Under the pieces are notes generated by a model, which saw only the letters and a program-made list of their open reading frames with translations, was not told where the DNA came from and did not search any database. Below are positions 25,489 to 33,470 of a stretch of 64,000 nucleotides of DNA, in pieces. Position 1 is the stretch's first letter. Every line of letters begins with the position of its first letter. The stretch covers positions 30,544 through 94,543 of the forward strand of contig DAHVDE010000105.1 of NCBI GenBank assembly GCA_027313705.1, given 5' to 3'. This stretch comes from Actinomycetota bacterium. GTDB lineage: Bacteria; Actinomycetota; Actinomycetes; Streptosporangiales; Streptosporangiaceae. The position numbers and the translations under genes were made by a program.

Positions 25489-27150
25489 CTACCTTCCGGC
25501 ATGCACGAATCCGGCCCAGGTAAGTGGCAGGTCGGTCGACCCGTCGTCGCGCAGCCGGCGAACAGCTGCATGCAGAGCCGCGGCCAGCGAAAGACGTCGT
25601 CCGCCGCACGGGACCAATCGCTTGCGTACGGCCGCCGAGCTATCGCCGGCTTCCCACAAGGTGCCGGTCACCTGGGCGAATCCGGCGAGTTGCATTGCCG
25701 AAGTGAGGTGGAGCGGCTCGGGGCTCTCCGGCAACATCGCCAGCAGCCTGCCTGCCTCGCCGTCAGGCTCGATCACGTTGGCGGCCGAGCCGGTACTTGC
25801 CCGTGCCTGGCCGAGCGCGTGCACGGTAGGCGTGTAAGAAGACACCACCCGGTCGAGCAGCGTACGGCCGCCCCTTTCCCTGTGGTGGCCCGCGGCGTGC
25901 AGCGGCAGGCGGCAGAGTGCCCCGGTAGGCATCCACCAGATCCTGGTCAGGCTCGCGGGATCTGCTGTCACGTCGGCGCAGCCGAGCTGATCGAGCACGG
26001 GCCAGGCGATGGTGTCCCACAGCCATTCCAGAATCCCCGACAGGTCGCTGTTCGGCCCGGAGGGCTCGCTCAGCCATCCGCCAGCCTTGGCCCGCGAAAG
26101 GGACCTGTCGAGCAGCGCGGCCTGGCCCGCCAGGCTGGCCTGGTTCAGTCCTGGCAGCGGAACGCAGGTTACCGTCCCTCGGGCGAGCAAGAGCGCATCG
26201 CCTCGGTAACGGCTCACGCTGATGGCCGCCACCGGACCGGAGCCGACCCATGAACTGAAGTCAGCTAGGGCGGGAACCGCGCGGTACCCGGGCCGCCCAA
26301 GGCCCAGCGAGTGCCAGAGCAAGCTGCCACGACCGGCCTCGAGCAGGCCGAACGCCAGTTCAGCTCGCTCGGACTCGGTCTTACCTGGTCGGTCATCGAG
26401 CAACGCGAGCGACGCCGCTGCGGTCGCGAGCCCGGCGAACGAGCGCAGGCCCTGCTTGCCCTGCGCCGAATTGAGGCGGTCAGGCGCCAGCCCGGCCAGG
26501 CCGGCGACCGCGCGTTCCGCCAACTCAGCGGCGGCCGACACTTGCCCGGCCGTGACGAGAGCGCCCGTCACTTCGCGGCTCGTGCTCACCGCTTCGGTCA
26601 GGTCCGCCGTATCGCCGTAACTGTCAAAGCGCTCCATCAGCGTCGTGCACAAGCCGTAACCAACGCGCGCAGCCTGCGGACTGCCACCTGGCGCCGCGCC
26701 AGCAGCGCGCCGGAAGGCGACGACGGCGGCGTCAAGATCACGCTTGCCGAGCGTCGCGCCTTCCCTGTCAAACCGCAATTTGAGCGCCCCGGCGAGATTG
26801 GCCAAGATCGTGAACTGGTCGGGGTCGCCGTCGGGGACGAGGTCGGCACCCCGCCTGCCGACTTCCACCGCTTCATCGATATCGGCCATGGCGCCGTGTC
26901 GCCTGAACCGGTGCGCAAGCGCCATTCCGAGCATGCCAAGCGTCTTCGACCTGCGTTCATTGTCGTCCTGCGGTGTCGCGGCGAGCGCGCGCCGACACCT
27001 GGCGACCGCGTTTGACAGCAGGGCATCATCGCCCGAGGCGATCGCCTGCCTGAGCGTCGAAGCGGCTAAGGCGAACCCCTCGGCGGGACCGGGCAGCCGA
27101 GGATCAGATATTGGCCCGCTGCCAGCAGCCGCGCCCATCCAAACCCCCAT
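25489..27150 (-). CDS. TPR-like / CHAT-domain protein apparently lacking the catalytic His-Cys segment
   Basis: 553 aa. The N-terminal helical-repeat region is present, and the CHAT entry motif (IWWMPTGALCRLPLHAAGHH...SYTPTVHAL) and exit motif (LHLTSAMQLAGFAQVTGTLWEAGD...LTWAGFVHAGR) are recognisable. Only ~40 aa separate them. No H..HG or SAC.T motif is present. An alternative start is ATG 27138. Confidence 0.7.
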   Translation of the reverse strand: MGVWMGAAAGSGPISDPRLPGPAEGFALAASTLRQAIASGDDALLSNAVARCRRALAATPQDDNERRSKTLGMLGMALAHRFRRHGAMADIDEAVEVGRRGADLVPDGDPDQFTILANLAGALKLRFDREGATLGKRDLDAAVVAFRRAAGAAPGGSPQAARVGYGLCTTLMERFDSYGDTADLTEAVSTSREVTGALVTAGQVSAAAELAERAVAGLAGLAPDRLNSAQGKQGLRSFAGLATAAASLALLDDRPGKTESERAELAFGLLEAGRGSLLWHSLGLGRPGYRAVPALADFSSWVGSGPVAAISVSRYRGDALLLARGTVTCVPLPGLNQASLAGQAALLDRSLSRAKAGGWLSEPSGPNSDLSGILEWLWDTIAWPVLDQLGCADVTADPASLTRIWWMPTGALCRLPLHAAGHHRERGGRTLLDRVVSSYTPTVHALGQARASTGSAANVIEPDGEAGRLLAMLPESPEPLHLTSAMQLAGFAQVTGTLWEAGDSSAAVRKRLVPCGGRRLSLAAALHAAVRRLRDDGSTDLPLTWAGFVHAGR

Positions 27151-27299
27151 TTTAAAAATATGCCGAGCGACGCTTCCCTCTTAATGAAATCACCAATACG
27201 CCCAGTAGTCGCCCGACCAAGCGGAACTGTCAACTTTCTGTCAGTTTTTCATAAATATGTCCCTGCAAATATATGTTGACATATTAAAAGGCTATCATC

Positions 27300-27616
27300 C
27301 TGGCCGGCAGTGATGGTAAACCTAGGGGCAGATACCTAGTCGGTCGCGAACTCCAGGGGGACAGGGAAATGCCGAATAGCAAGGTCAGGGGGGCGAGGTG
27401 CGGAGCTGGTGCCAGCCCACGGCACTCGCAGCTGGGCCTTGCTCAGGGCATTCATGGCACCCAGGAGAACGAGACCGGCGAGGGGGGGGATAAGCGAATA
27501 TTCGAGGGCAGTTCGCAGTCGGAAATCTCGAATGCTCGCGGCAGGCCAGGCTCTTACCCTGGCATTGGTCTGCTGCGGACGGGAACGGCAAAAGCCGTTC
27601 CCGTCCGCGCCATTTT
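27300..27616 (+). ncRNA. Candidate structured RNA (family not recognised)
   Basis: Non-coding-looking ~300 nt with nested helices:
- 27322-27326 with 27335-27339
- GGTGCC 27408-27413 with GGCACC 27456-27461, enclosing GCCCA 27415-27419 with TGGGC 27433-27437
- ATTCGAG 27500-27506 with CTCGAAT 27527-27533
- GCCAGG 27545-27550 with CCTGGC 27558-27563
It ends in a 15-bp hairpin plus U-tract oriented for the plus strand. The 5' end is unknown. Confidence 0.3.
27575..27616 (+). terminator. Canonical intrinsic terminator (15-bp perfect stem, AAAA loop, then GCCATTTT)
   Basis: gcggacgggaacggc (27575-27589), loop aaaa, gccgttcccgtccgc (27594-27608), then gccattttgg. The T-run is only on the plus strand. 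The hairpin also lies 16 nt downstream of the minus-strand VWA gene stop and could serve it as a U-less terminator. Confidence 0.65.
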
Positions 27617-27624
27617 GGCAGTGA

Positions 27625-29076
27625 CTACCTCACGGTGAGCGCCAGCGACTGGACGAAATCAGCGATCTGACGAAGCGTGCGGCATTCCCTGACCGAAGCA
27701 CACCAGGGGGCATACTGGCTGATCACCGAATCGCCCTGATCCCAGTACCTGCGAGGCTCAGGGTTCAGCCAGTACACCTGGCCCGCCCGCTCCTGGATCT
27801 GGGCGAACGAGGCCTGCGCGGGGTCGAGGTAGTTAGTGCGCGCGTCACCGACCATGAGAACCACCGAGCGCCTGGTCAGCTGGGGAGCGCAGGACGAGGC
27901 GAATTCCCGCAGCACGGACCCGTAGTCCGAACTGCCGCTTAGCCTGATCGCCGCGGCGGCGGCCTCACGGGCGCCAAGCTGCCGGCCACTGGCCCGCGCC
28001 TCTCGCACCAACTGGGTGATGTCCGCCAGCCCGTCGACGAAGGAGAACACCCGCAGCCGGTTCAGCCGGCTGTCAAGGGCAGCCAGCAAGTCTAGCGTGA
28101 ACCGCGAGAACGCCGATACCGAGCCGGACATGTCACAGAGCACCACGATCTCCGGTTTAGGTGGCCTGGCTGGCTCGGTGGCCAACCGGAAAGGCACGCC
28201 CCCTGTGCCCATCGCCAGATGCAGGGTCTTGCGGATGGACAGCCTGCGCTTGCGGTGCAGGGCGAGCTGAGCGAGTACGTGGGTCAGCCGCTGTGCAAGC
28301 GGGCCGATCGCGGCGGCCATGGCGGCAAGCTCGGCAGCCGAGGCGGTGACGATGTCGATGTCCTGCGCCAGGCCTACCCGCATCGTGGTGCGAACGGCGC
28401 GGGCACCGCGGTCGGCCACCAGCGCCCGCCTGATCGCGGACCGCAAGTCGGCACGGAATTCCTCGACCGCCCGGTCGGCTTCCGCCTCGATCAGCCGGTA
28501 CCTGAACCCGCCACCCGTGCCACCAGACCCGCCCCCCTGCCCGCCGCCACCGCCCTCGCCGCCCGCACCCGGCAGGCCCTCGGCCCGCACGCCCTCGGCC
28601 TGGCCGCCCTCGGCCTGGCCGGCCTCGGCCTGGCCGGCGACGAGCTCGGCCCGCAGGCCGTCAAGCCCCGCAGCCTCGTCGACGGCGATCGCGGCGAACA
28701 CCCCGGCCACCGCACTGCCCGGCTCAAGGCCGCCGAACCGGCGCACGAACTCGTCCGCGAGCAGCCGCTTGAGCAGGGCGTCTGTTGTGCCGATGGCCGA
28801 CCGCAATGTGACGCACAGCTCTTCGTCGGTCATGGCCTCGATAAGGTCCGCGCCTGGCTGCCTGGCGCCCGTCGTGTACAGATCGAAGATCAGGTCGAAG
28901 GCGTCGAGCTGTTCCGAGCGCTTCACCAGGGCACAGCGCAACGTCGCACGCAAGACTTCTTTATCCTGCAAAGAAATCAGGCTGGCCGCCCTGGCGGCGT
29001 CCAGGTGCTCACCCACAGAGACCTCGATCCCGACGCTCCGCAGCTCGTCGACGAGCGCCGCCAGCATGAGTTGCAT
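27625..29076 (-). CDS. VWA domain protein, CoxE-like
   Basis: 483 aa. The C-terminal VWA has a MIDAS-like motif (VVLCDMSGSVSAFS...) and ...VVLMVGDARTNY.... An internal low-complexity insert reads GQAEAGQAEGGQAEGVRAEG...GGEGGGGGQGGGSGGTGGG. The start is 4 nt after the MoxR stop. Confidence 0.85.
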   Translation of the reverse strand: MQLMLAALVDELRSVGIEVSVGEHLDAARAASLISLQDKEVLRATLRCALVKRSEQLDAFDLIFDLYTTGARQPGADLIEAMTDEELCVTLRSAIGTTDALLKRLLADEFVRRFGGLEPGSAVAGVFAAIAVDEAAGLDGLRAELVAGQAEAGQAEGGQAEGVRAEGLPGAGGEGGGGGQGGGSGGTGGGFRYRLIEAEADRAVEEFRADLRSAIRRALVADRGARAVRTTMRVGLAQDIDIVTASAAELAAMAAAIGPLAQRLTHVLAQLALHRKRRLSIRKTLHLAMGTGGVPFRLATEPARPPKPEIVVLCDMSGSVSAFSRFTLDLLAALDSRLNRLRVFSFVDGLADITQLVREARASGRQLGAREAAAAAIRLSGSSDYGSVLREFASSCAPQLTRRSVVLMVGDARTNYLDPAQASFAQIQERAGQVYWLNPEPRRYWDQGDSVISQYAPWCASVRECRTLRQIADFVQSLALTVR

Positions 29077-29079
29077 AAG

Positions 29080-29940
29080 CTAGATCCGCAGTTCGGTGTG
29101 CGCGGTGTCGATGTCCCTTTCGTATTTGAGCAGCACAGACAGTGTCTGCCTGATCAGGTCTTCGGAAAGATCGGAAGCACCGAGAGTGAGCAAGGTACGC
29201 GCCCAGTCCAGCGACTCGGCTATCGACGGCGGTTTCTTCAGATCGGCCTTGCGCAGCACCGCGATCAACTCGGCGATCTCACGAGCCAGGTGCCCGGCCA
29301 ATGCTGGCACGTGCAACTGCACGATCTCCGCCTCGCGGTCCACGCTCGGGTAGCCGAGGTGCAAGAACAGGCAGCGCCGCTTCAGTGCCTCAGAAAGGTC
29401 CCTGCTGTTGTTCGAGGTGAGAAAGACCTGCGGAATGTGCCTGGCGGTCACGGTGCCGAGTTCTGGAATCGACACCTGATACTCGGAAAGCACCTCAAGC
29501 AGCAAGGCTTCACTCTCGATGTCAAGACGATCGACCTCGTCGATGAGCAGTACCGCCGGATCCTCCGAGCGGATCGCGGCTAGCAGCGGACGGGAAAGGA
29601 GGAACTCCTCGCTGAAGATGCCAGCGGTGTCCAGGTCCTTGGTCCCGCTGCTCTGGTGCAGCTGAAGCTGGAGCAACTGACGGCGGTAATCCCACTCGTA
29701 GATCGCCTTGGATTCATCAAGGCCCTCGTAGCACTGCAACCTGATCAGGCGCTTGCCCGCCGCCAGGGCGACGCTCTTGGCTAGCTGGGTCTTGCCAGTG
29801 CCAGCCGGCCCTTCGATCAGCACCGGCTTGCCAAGCTCGGCTGCCAGGTAGACAACCGTCGCGATGGTGGTGTCAGCGAGGTAACCCGCGCCGCGCAGGC
29901 CCGCCAGCACTTGGTCAACTGGGGATGAACTCGGCTCCAT
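29080..29940 (-). CDS. MoxR-family AAA+ ATPase, CoxD-like
   Basis: 286 aa with LIEGPAGTGKTQLAKSVA (Walker A), VLLIDEVDRL (Walker B), and QCYEGLDESKAIYEWDYRRQLLQLQL, typical of the CoxD/MoxR subgroup. Confidence 0.9.
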   Translation of the reverse strand: MEPSSSPVDQVLAGLRGAGYLADTTIATVVYLAAELGKPVLIEGPAGTGKTQLAKSVALAAGKRLIRLQCYEGLDESKAIYEWDYRRQLLQLQLHQSSGTKDLDTAGIFSEEFLLSRPLLAAIRSEDPAVLLIDEVDRLDIESEALLLEVLSEYQVSIPELGTVTARHIPQVFLTSNNSRDLSEALKRRCLFLHLGYPSVDREAEIVQLHVPALAGHLAREIAELIAVLRKADLKKPPSIAESLDWARTLLTLGASDLSEDLIRQTLSVLLKYERDIDTAHTELRI

Positions 29941-29970
29941 GACCCTAAGTATCCGGATAGCCGACTACTA

Positions 29971-30302
29971 CCACCACCGGCCGGAACCCCCGCAACGCCA
30001 CAACGCAGGCACGCGGCACGCCCGGCCACCGGCCGGAACCCCCACAACGCCACAACGTGGGCACCAGGACCCCCGCAACGCCACAACGCAGGCACGCGGC
30101 ACGCCCGGCCACCGGCCGGAACCCCCACAACGCCACAACGTGGGCACGCGGCACGCGCGGCCAGTGGGCGGAACGCCCGCAACACCACAACGTGGGCACC
30201 AGGACCCCCGCAACGCCACAACGTGGGCACGCGGCACGCGCGGCCAGTGGGCGGAACGCCCGCAACACTACGACGTGGGCGCGGGGGGCGGGGGGCGGGG
30301 GG
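29971..30302. repeat. Tandem array of the CCACAACG(T/C)(G/A)GG element, locus B, with higher-order 32/51-52-nt units and a G6-C-G6-C-G6-TTAGGGG tail
   Basis: At least 7 units begin gga(a)c(c/g)ccc(g/a)caac(g/a)c(c/t)ac(a/g)acg(t/c)(g/a)gg. Long units (51-52 nt) carry ...cacgcggcacgc(c/g)cggcca(cc/gt)gg(c)c, and short units (32 nt) end ...gggcacca. The pattern is long-short-long-long-short-long-short. The array sits between the quinone-oxidoreductase stop (30303) and the moxR start (29940). Confidence 0.85.
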
Positions 30303-31217
30303 TTAGGGGACGAGGACGATTTTGCCTAGGACGTGGCCTTGAGCTAGCCGGCGGTAGGCCGCCCTGACCTGGGCGAGCGGAAAGACTTCCGCCACGGGTA
30401 GTTCGAGGCGTCCGGCCGCGATCAGCGCCGCAAGTTCTTCGAGGACGGTGGCGCTGGCGCCGGCCGCGCTGCCGTCCGCTTTGACGCCGTACTGCTCTAC
30501 GGCCGCGAAGTTGGCGATGGTGTCGATCCGGTCTGGCTGGACGCCGAGGTCGAGCGCCACCTTGACGTAGTCTCCGCCGAAGGTGTCGATGAAGGCGTCG
30601 ATTCTGGCAGCTTCCCGCATGATTCGATTGGTTATGTCCTGACCGTAGGTGACCGGAATCACCTCGTGGTCAACCAGCCATTGCCGATTCGCCGGGCTGG
30701 CCACGCCGATCACGGTGGCGTCGGCAAGCTTGGCGAGCTGAACAGCGAGACAGCCAACACCGCCGGTGGCTCCCGCGACCACTACCGTGTCACCGGCCGC
30801 CAGTTCGACGGCGCGCACGGCGGCATAAGCCGTGCAGCCGGCGACGTAGAGGGCGCCGGCGACTTCCCACGGCACCCCGGCCGGATGATGCGTGAGGTTC
30901 CTGACGTCGACAATGACGTATTCCGCCTGGCTAGCCCGATCGTCCGTATAGCCGATGACCTCGTCACCCACGTTGACGCCAACGACGCCCGGCCCGGTCT
31001 GCGCGACTATCCCGGCCAGGTCACTGCCCTGGCCGGAGGGAAATGTCGCCGGCCACACGGAATGGAGCAGGCCCTCGCGGATCTTGGCCTCGCCCGGGTT
31101 GATGCCCGCCGCCTTAACCTGCACGAGAACCTGCCCCGCGTCAGGTTCTGGCTGCGGCACCTCAACGACGTTGAGCACATCGACATCGCCGTATTCGGCG
31201 AATCGCACCGCTCTCAC
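30303..31217 (-). CDS. NADPH:quinone oxidoreductase / zinc-type alcohol dehydrogenase superfamily (MDR)
   Basis: 304 aa with MRAVRFAEYGDVDVLNVVEVPQPEPDAGQVLVQVKAAGINPGE... and the cofactor motif VVVAGATGGVGCLAVQLAK. Confidence 0.9.
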   Translation of the reverse strand: MRAVRFAEYGDVDVLNVVEVPQPEPDAGQVLVQVKAAGINPGEAKIREGLLHSVWPATFPSGQGSDLAGIVAQTGPGVVGVNVGDEVIGYTDDRASQAEYVIVDVRNLTHHPAGVPWEVAGALYVAGCTAYAAVRAVELAAGDTVVVAGATGGVGCLAVQLAKLADATVIGVASPANRQWLVDHEVIPVTYGQDITNRIMREAARIDAFIDTFGGDYVKVALDLGVQPDRIDTIANFAAVEQYGVKADGSAAGASATVLEELAALIAAGRLELPVAEVFPLAQVRAAYRRLAQGHVLGKIVLVP

Positions 31218-31228
31218 TGGTCATCCCC

Positions 31229-33268
31229 CTAACTCAGCCTCTCCCACAAGAATTCGAACACCAGCGCCGATTTCAGCGCACGCTGCTCGTTGTCAGCGGC
31301 CGCCCCGTGCCCTCCCTCGATGTTCTCGTAATAGCTGACATCATGACCTTGCTCGGCAAGGCGGGCCACCATCTTGCGTGCATGCCCAGGGTGTACCCGG
31401 TCATCCCTGGTGGAGGTAATGAACAATGCCGGCGGGTATTCAAGATCTGCTCTGGCGTTCTGATATGGGGAGTAACTACGCAGATACTCCTGTTCCGCCG
31501 GGATTCGCGGGTCACCGTACTCGGCGATCCAGGACGCTCCCGCCAGCAACTCGTGATACCTGAGCATGTCGAGCAGCGGAACCTGCGCGACGACCGCGCC
31601 GAAATACTGCGGGTACCTGGTCAGCATGACCCCCATCAGCAGCCCGCCGTTGCTGCCGCCCTCGATGCCAAGCTGGCGAGGAGTAGTGATACCGCGCCTC
31701 GCCAGGTCGGCGGCCACGGCCGCGAAGTCCTCGTAGACCAGGTGCCGGTTTTCCTTAACCGCCGACATGTGCCAGTCTGGCCCGTACTCGCCTCCGCCAC
31801 GCAGGTTGGCGACGACGTACGTACCGCCCCTGGCCAGCCAGCCGCGTCCGACGACTCCGCTGTAGGAAGGAGTCAGCGGGATCTCGAATCCGCCATAGCC
31901 GGTCAGAAGCGTCGGGCCCGGATCGCCGTCATGATCGCTGACCACGAAGTAAGGCACCTGGGTGCCGTCCGCCGACGTCGCGAACTCCTGCCTGACCGTC
32001 AGGCCAGAAGAGTCGAAGAAGGCGGGAGCCTGCTTGATCGACTCGGCTTCGCCGTCTACCTGCCCGTAAACCAAGGTGCCCGGCTGAGTGAAGCCGCTGC
32101 ACGCCAGCATGTACTCGTCGCTGTCGTCGGGATCGGTCATCACGACATCTGTCTGCGCGAACTTCGGCACCCCCGGCAGTTCACCGTGGGTCCAGGCGGC
32201 ACCGGGCTCGGCCGCCGGAGTCAGAACCGCCAGTTCGCTGCGCACGTCGTGCAGTTTGTTCAGGATCAGATGGTTCCTGGTCCAGGCGTAATAGCTGAGG
32301 GACGTGTGCGGATCGGGCTCGAACAGCACCGTCAGGTCGCGCTCGCCGCGAACGAACGCATCGAACTGGCTGGCGATGAGCGTCCCCGCCTGGTAGGTGG
32401 TTCCCGCGACATCCCACGGCGACCTGGTTGTGATCAGCAGCCACTCGCGGTGCACGTCGACGTTAGCGTCCGGTGGTACCCCGATCTTGACGAGCTCGCC
32501 GCCCGGGCGGCGCAAGTACCAGTAGGAGTTGTAGAAGTCGATGCTGCGTACGATGAAGTCGCGCTCGTAACCCTGCGTCGGATCGTGGAAGCCGTGCACG
32601 GCCACATCTTCCGGCTTGCCTTCGAAGACGGTCACGGCGTCCGTCAGCGGGGTGCCGCGCCGCCATTGCTTCACAATCCGCGGATAGCCAGACGTGGTAA
32701 GTGAGCCAGGACCATAGTCGGTGCCCACATAGATGTTGTCGGCGTCGATCCAGGCCTCGGACGTCTTCGCCTCAGGCAGAAAGAACCCGCCTGCCATGAA
32801 CCGGCGTTCAGCCAGGTCGAACTCCCTGACTACCGCAGCGTCCGCCCCGCCGCGTGACAGTTCGATCAGCGCAAGCCGGTGCTCGGGCCGCAAGGTGCGC
32901 GCACCCTGCCAGACCCAGTTCTCTCCCTCGCGCTCGGCCAGTTCGTCCACGTCGAGCAGGACGTCCCACTCCGGCTTCTGCCTGCGATACTCGTCCAGGG
33001 TGGTGCGGCGCCATAGCCCTCTCGGATTGACGGCGTCTTGCCAGAAGTTGTACAGGTACTCCCGGCGCCTGCTGACGTAAGGTATCCGGTCGTCGGCGTC
33101 AAGCACTTCGCGAATCTCGTCGCGCAGCGCGGCGAACCTGGGACGGCTTTCCGCCATGTCAAGCGTTGCCGCGTTACGGTCCCTGACCCAGTCAAGAGCC
33201 CGCTGGCCAGTGACGTCCTCAAGCCACGCGAACGGATCGGCGTTCGCCGCCTGGTTTTCTTCGCTCAT
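31229..33268 (-). CDS. Prolyl oligopeptidase-family serine peptidase (S9)
   Basis: 679 aa. The N-terminus (DPFAWLEDVTGQRALDWVRDRNAAT) and the catalytic region (LGIEGGSNGGLLMG, GxSxGG) are present, along with ...SYSPYQN...PPALFITSTRDDRVHPGHARKM. Confidence 0.9.
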   Translation of the reverse strand: MSEENQAANADPFAWLEDVTGQRALDWVRDRNAATLDMAESRPRFAALRDEIREVLDADDRIPYVSRRREYLYNFWQDAVNPRGLWRRTTLDEYRRQKPEWDVLLDVDELAEREGENWVWQGARTLRPEHRLALIELSRGGADAAVVREFDLAERRFMAGGFFLPEAKTSEAWIDADNIYVGTDYGPGSLTTSGYPRIVKQWRRGTPLTDAVTVFEGKPEDVAVHGFHDPTQGYERDFIVRSIDFYNSYWYLRRPGGELVKIGVPPDANVDVHREWLLITTRSPWDVAGTTYQAGTLIASQFDAFVRGERDLTVLFEPDPHTSLSYYAWTRNHLILNKLHDVRSELAVLTPAAEPGAAWTHGELPGVPKFAQTDVVMTDPDDSDEYMLACSGFTQPGTLVYGQVDGEAESIKQAPAFFDSSGLTVRQEFATSADGTQVPYFVVSDHDGDPGPTLLTGYGGFEIPLTPSYSGVVGRGWLARGGTYVVANLRGGGEYGPDWHMSAVKENRHLVYEDFAAVAADLARRGITTPRQLGIEGGSNGGLLMGVMLTRYPQYFGAVVAQVPLLDMLRYHELLAGASWIAEYGDPRIPAEQEYLRSYSPYQNARADLEYPPALFITSTRDDRVHPGHARKMVARLAEQGHDVSYYENIEGGHGAAADNEQRALKSALVFEFLWERLS

Positions 33269-33470
33269 CCCGCAAGTGTGGCACCCAGGACGGGGGAACA
33301 GCGCGCAAGAACTCTGCCGGCGCCCGGTACCGCGAGTAGGTCACATCCGGCGGGTAGGAACTCGGCTAGGTCCAAGGCGGGCAGGCCCGCGGGCTAGTTC
33401 GGTCCGCCGGCGTTGCCAGCACTAGCCTTAAGACAGCTTCTCGTGTTCCTCGCGAGTGAAAGGAGACTTG

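Noticed and set aside
27369-27638. 89-aa plus-strand ORF in the CHAT/VWA spacer
   Set aside because: Third-position GC is clearly lower than in neighbouring genes. The ORF runs straight through a 15-bp terminator hairpin and into the end of the VWA gene. I treat the region as a candidate RNA instead.
25489-29940. Reading TPR-CHAT plus VWA plus MoxR as one vWA-MoxR-effector conflict system
   Set aside because: A strong terminator and a 474-nt spacer with its own AT-rich promoter region separate the CHAT gene from the pair. The MoxR/VWA proteins are of the CoxD/CoxE maturation type, and the CHAT domain lacks its catalytic core. Adjacency alone is insufficient.
29945-30367. Four overlapping ORFs (89-142 aa) on both strands, and the possibility of a CRISPR array
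   Set aside because: The ORFs are periodic translations of the tandem repeat (PQRHNAGTRHARP…). It is not a CRISPR array because there are no unique spacers between the repeats (the units abut) and no cas genes are nearby.
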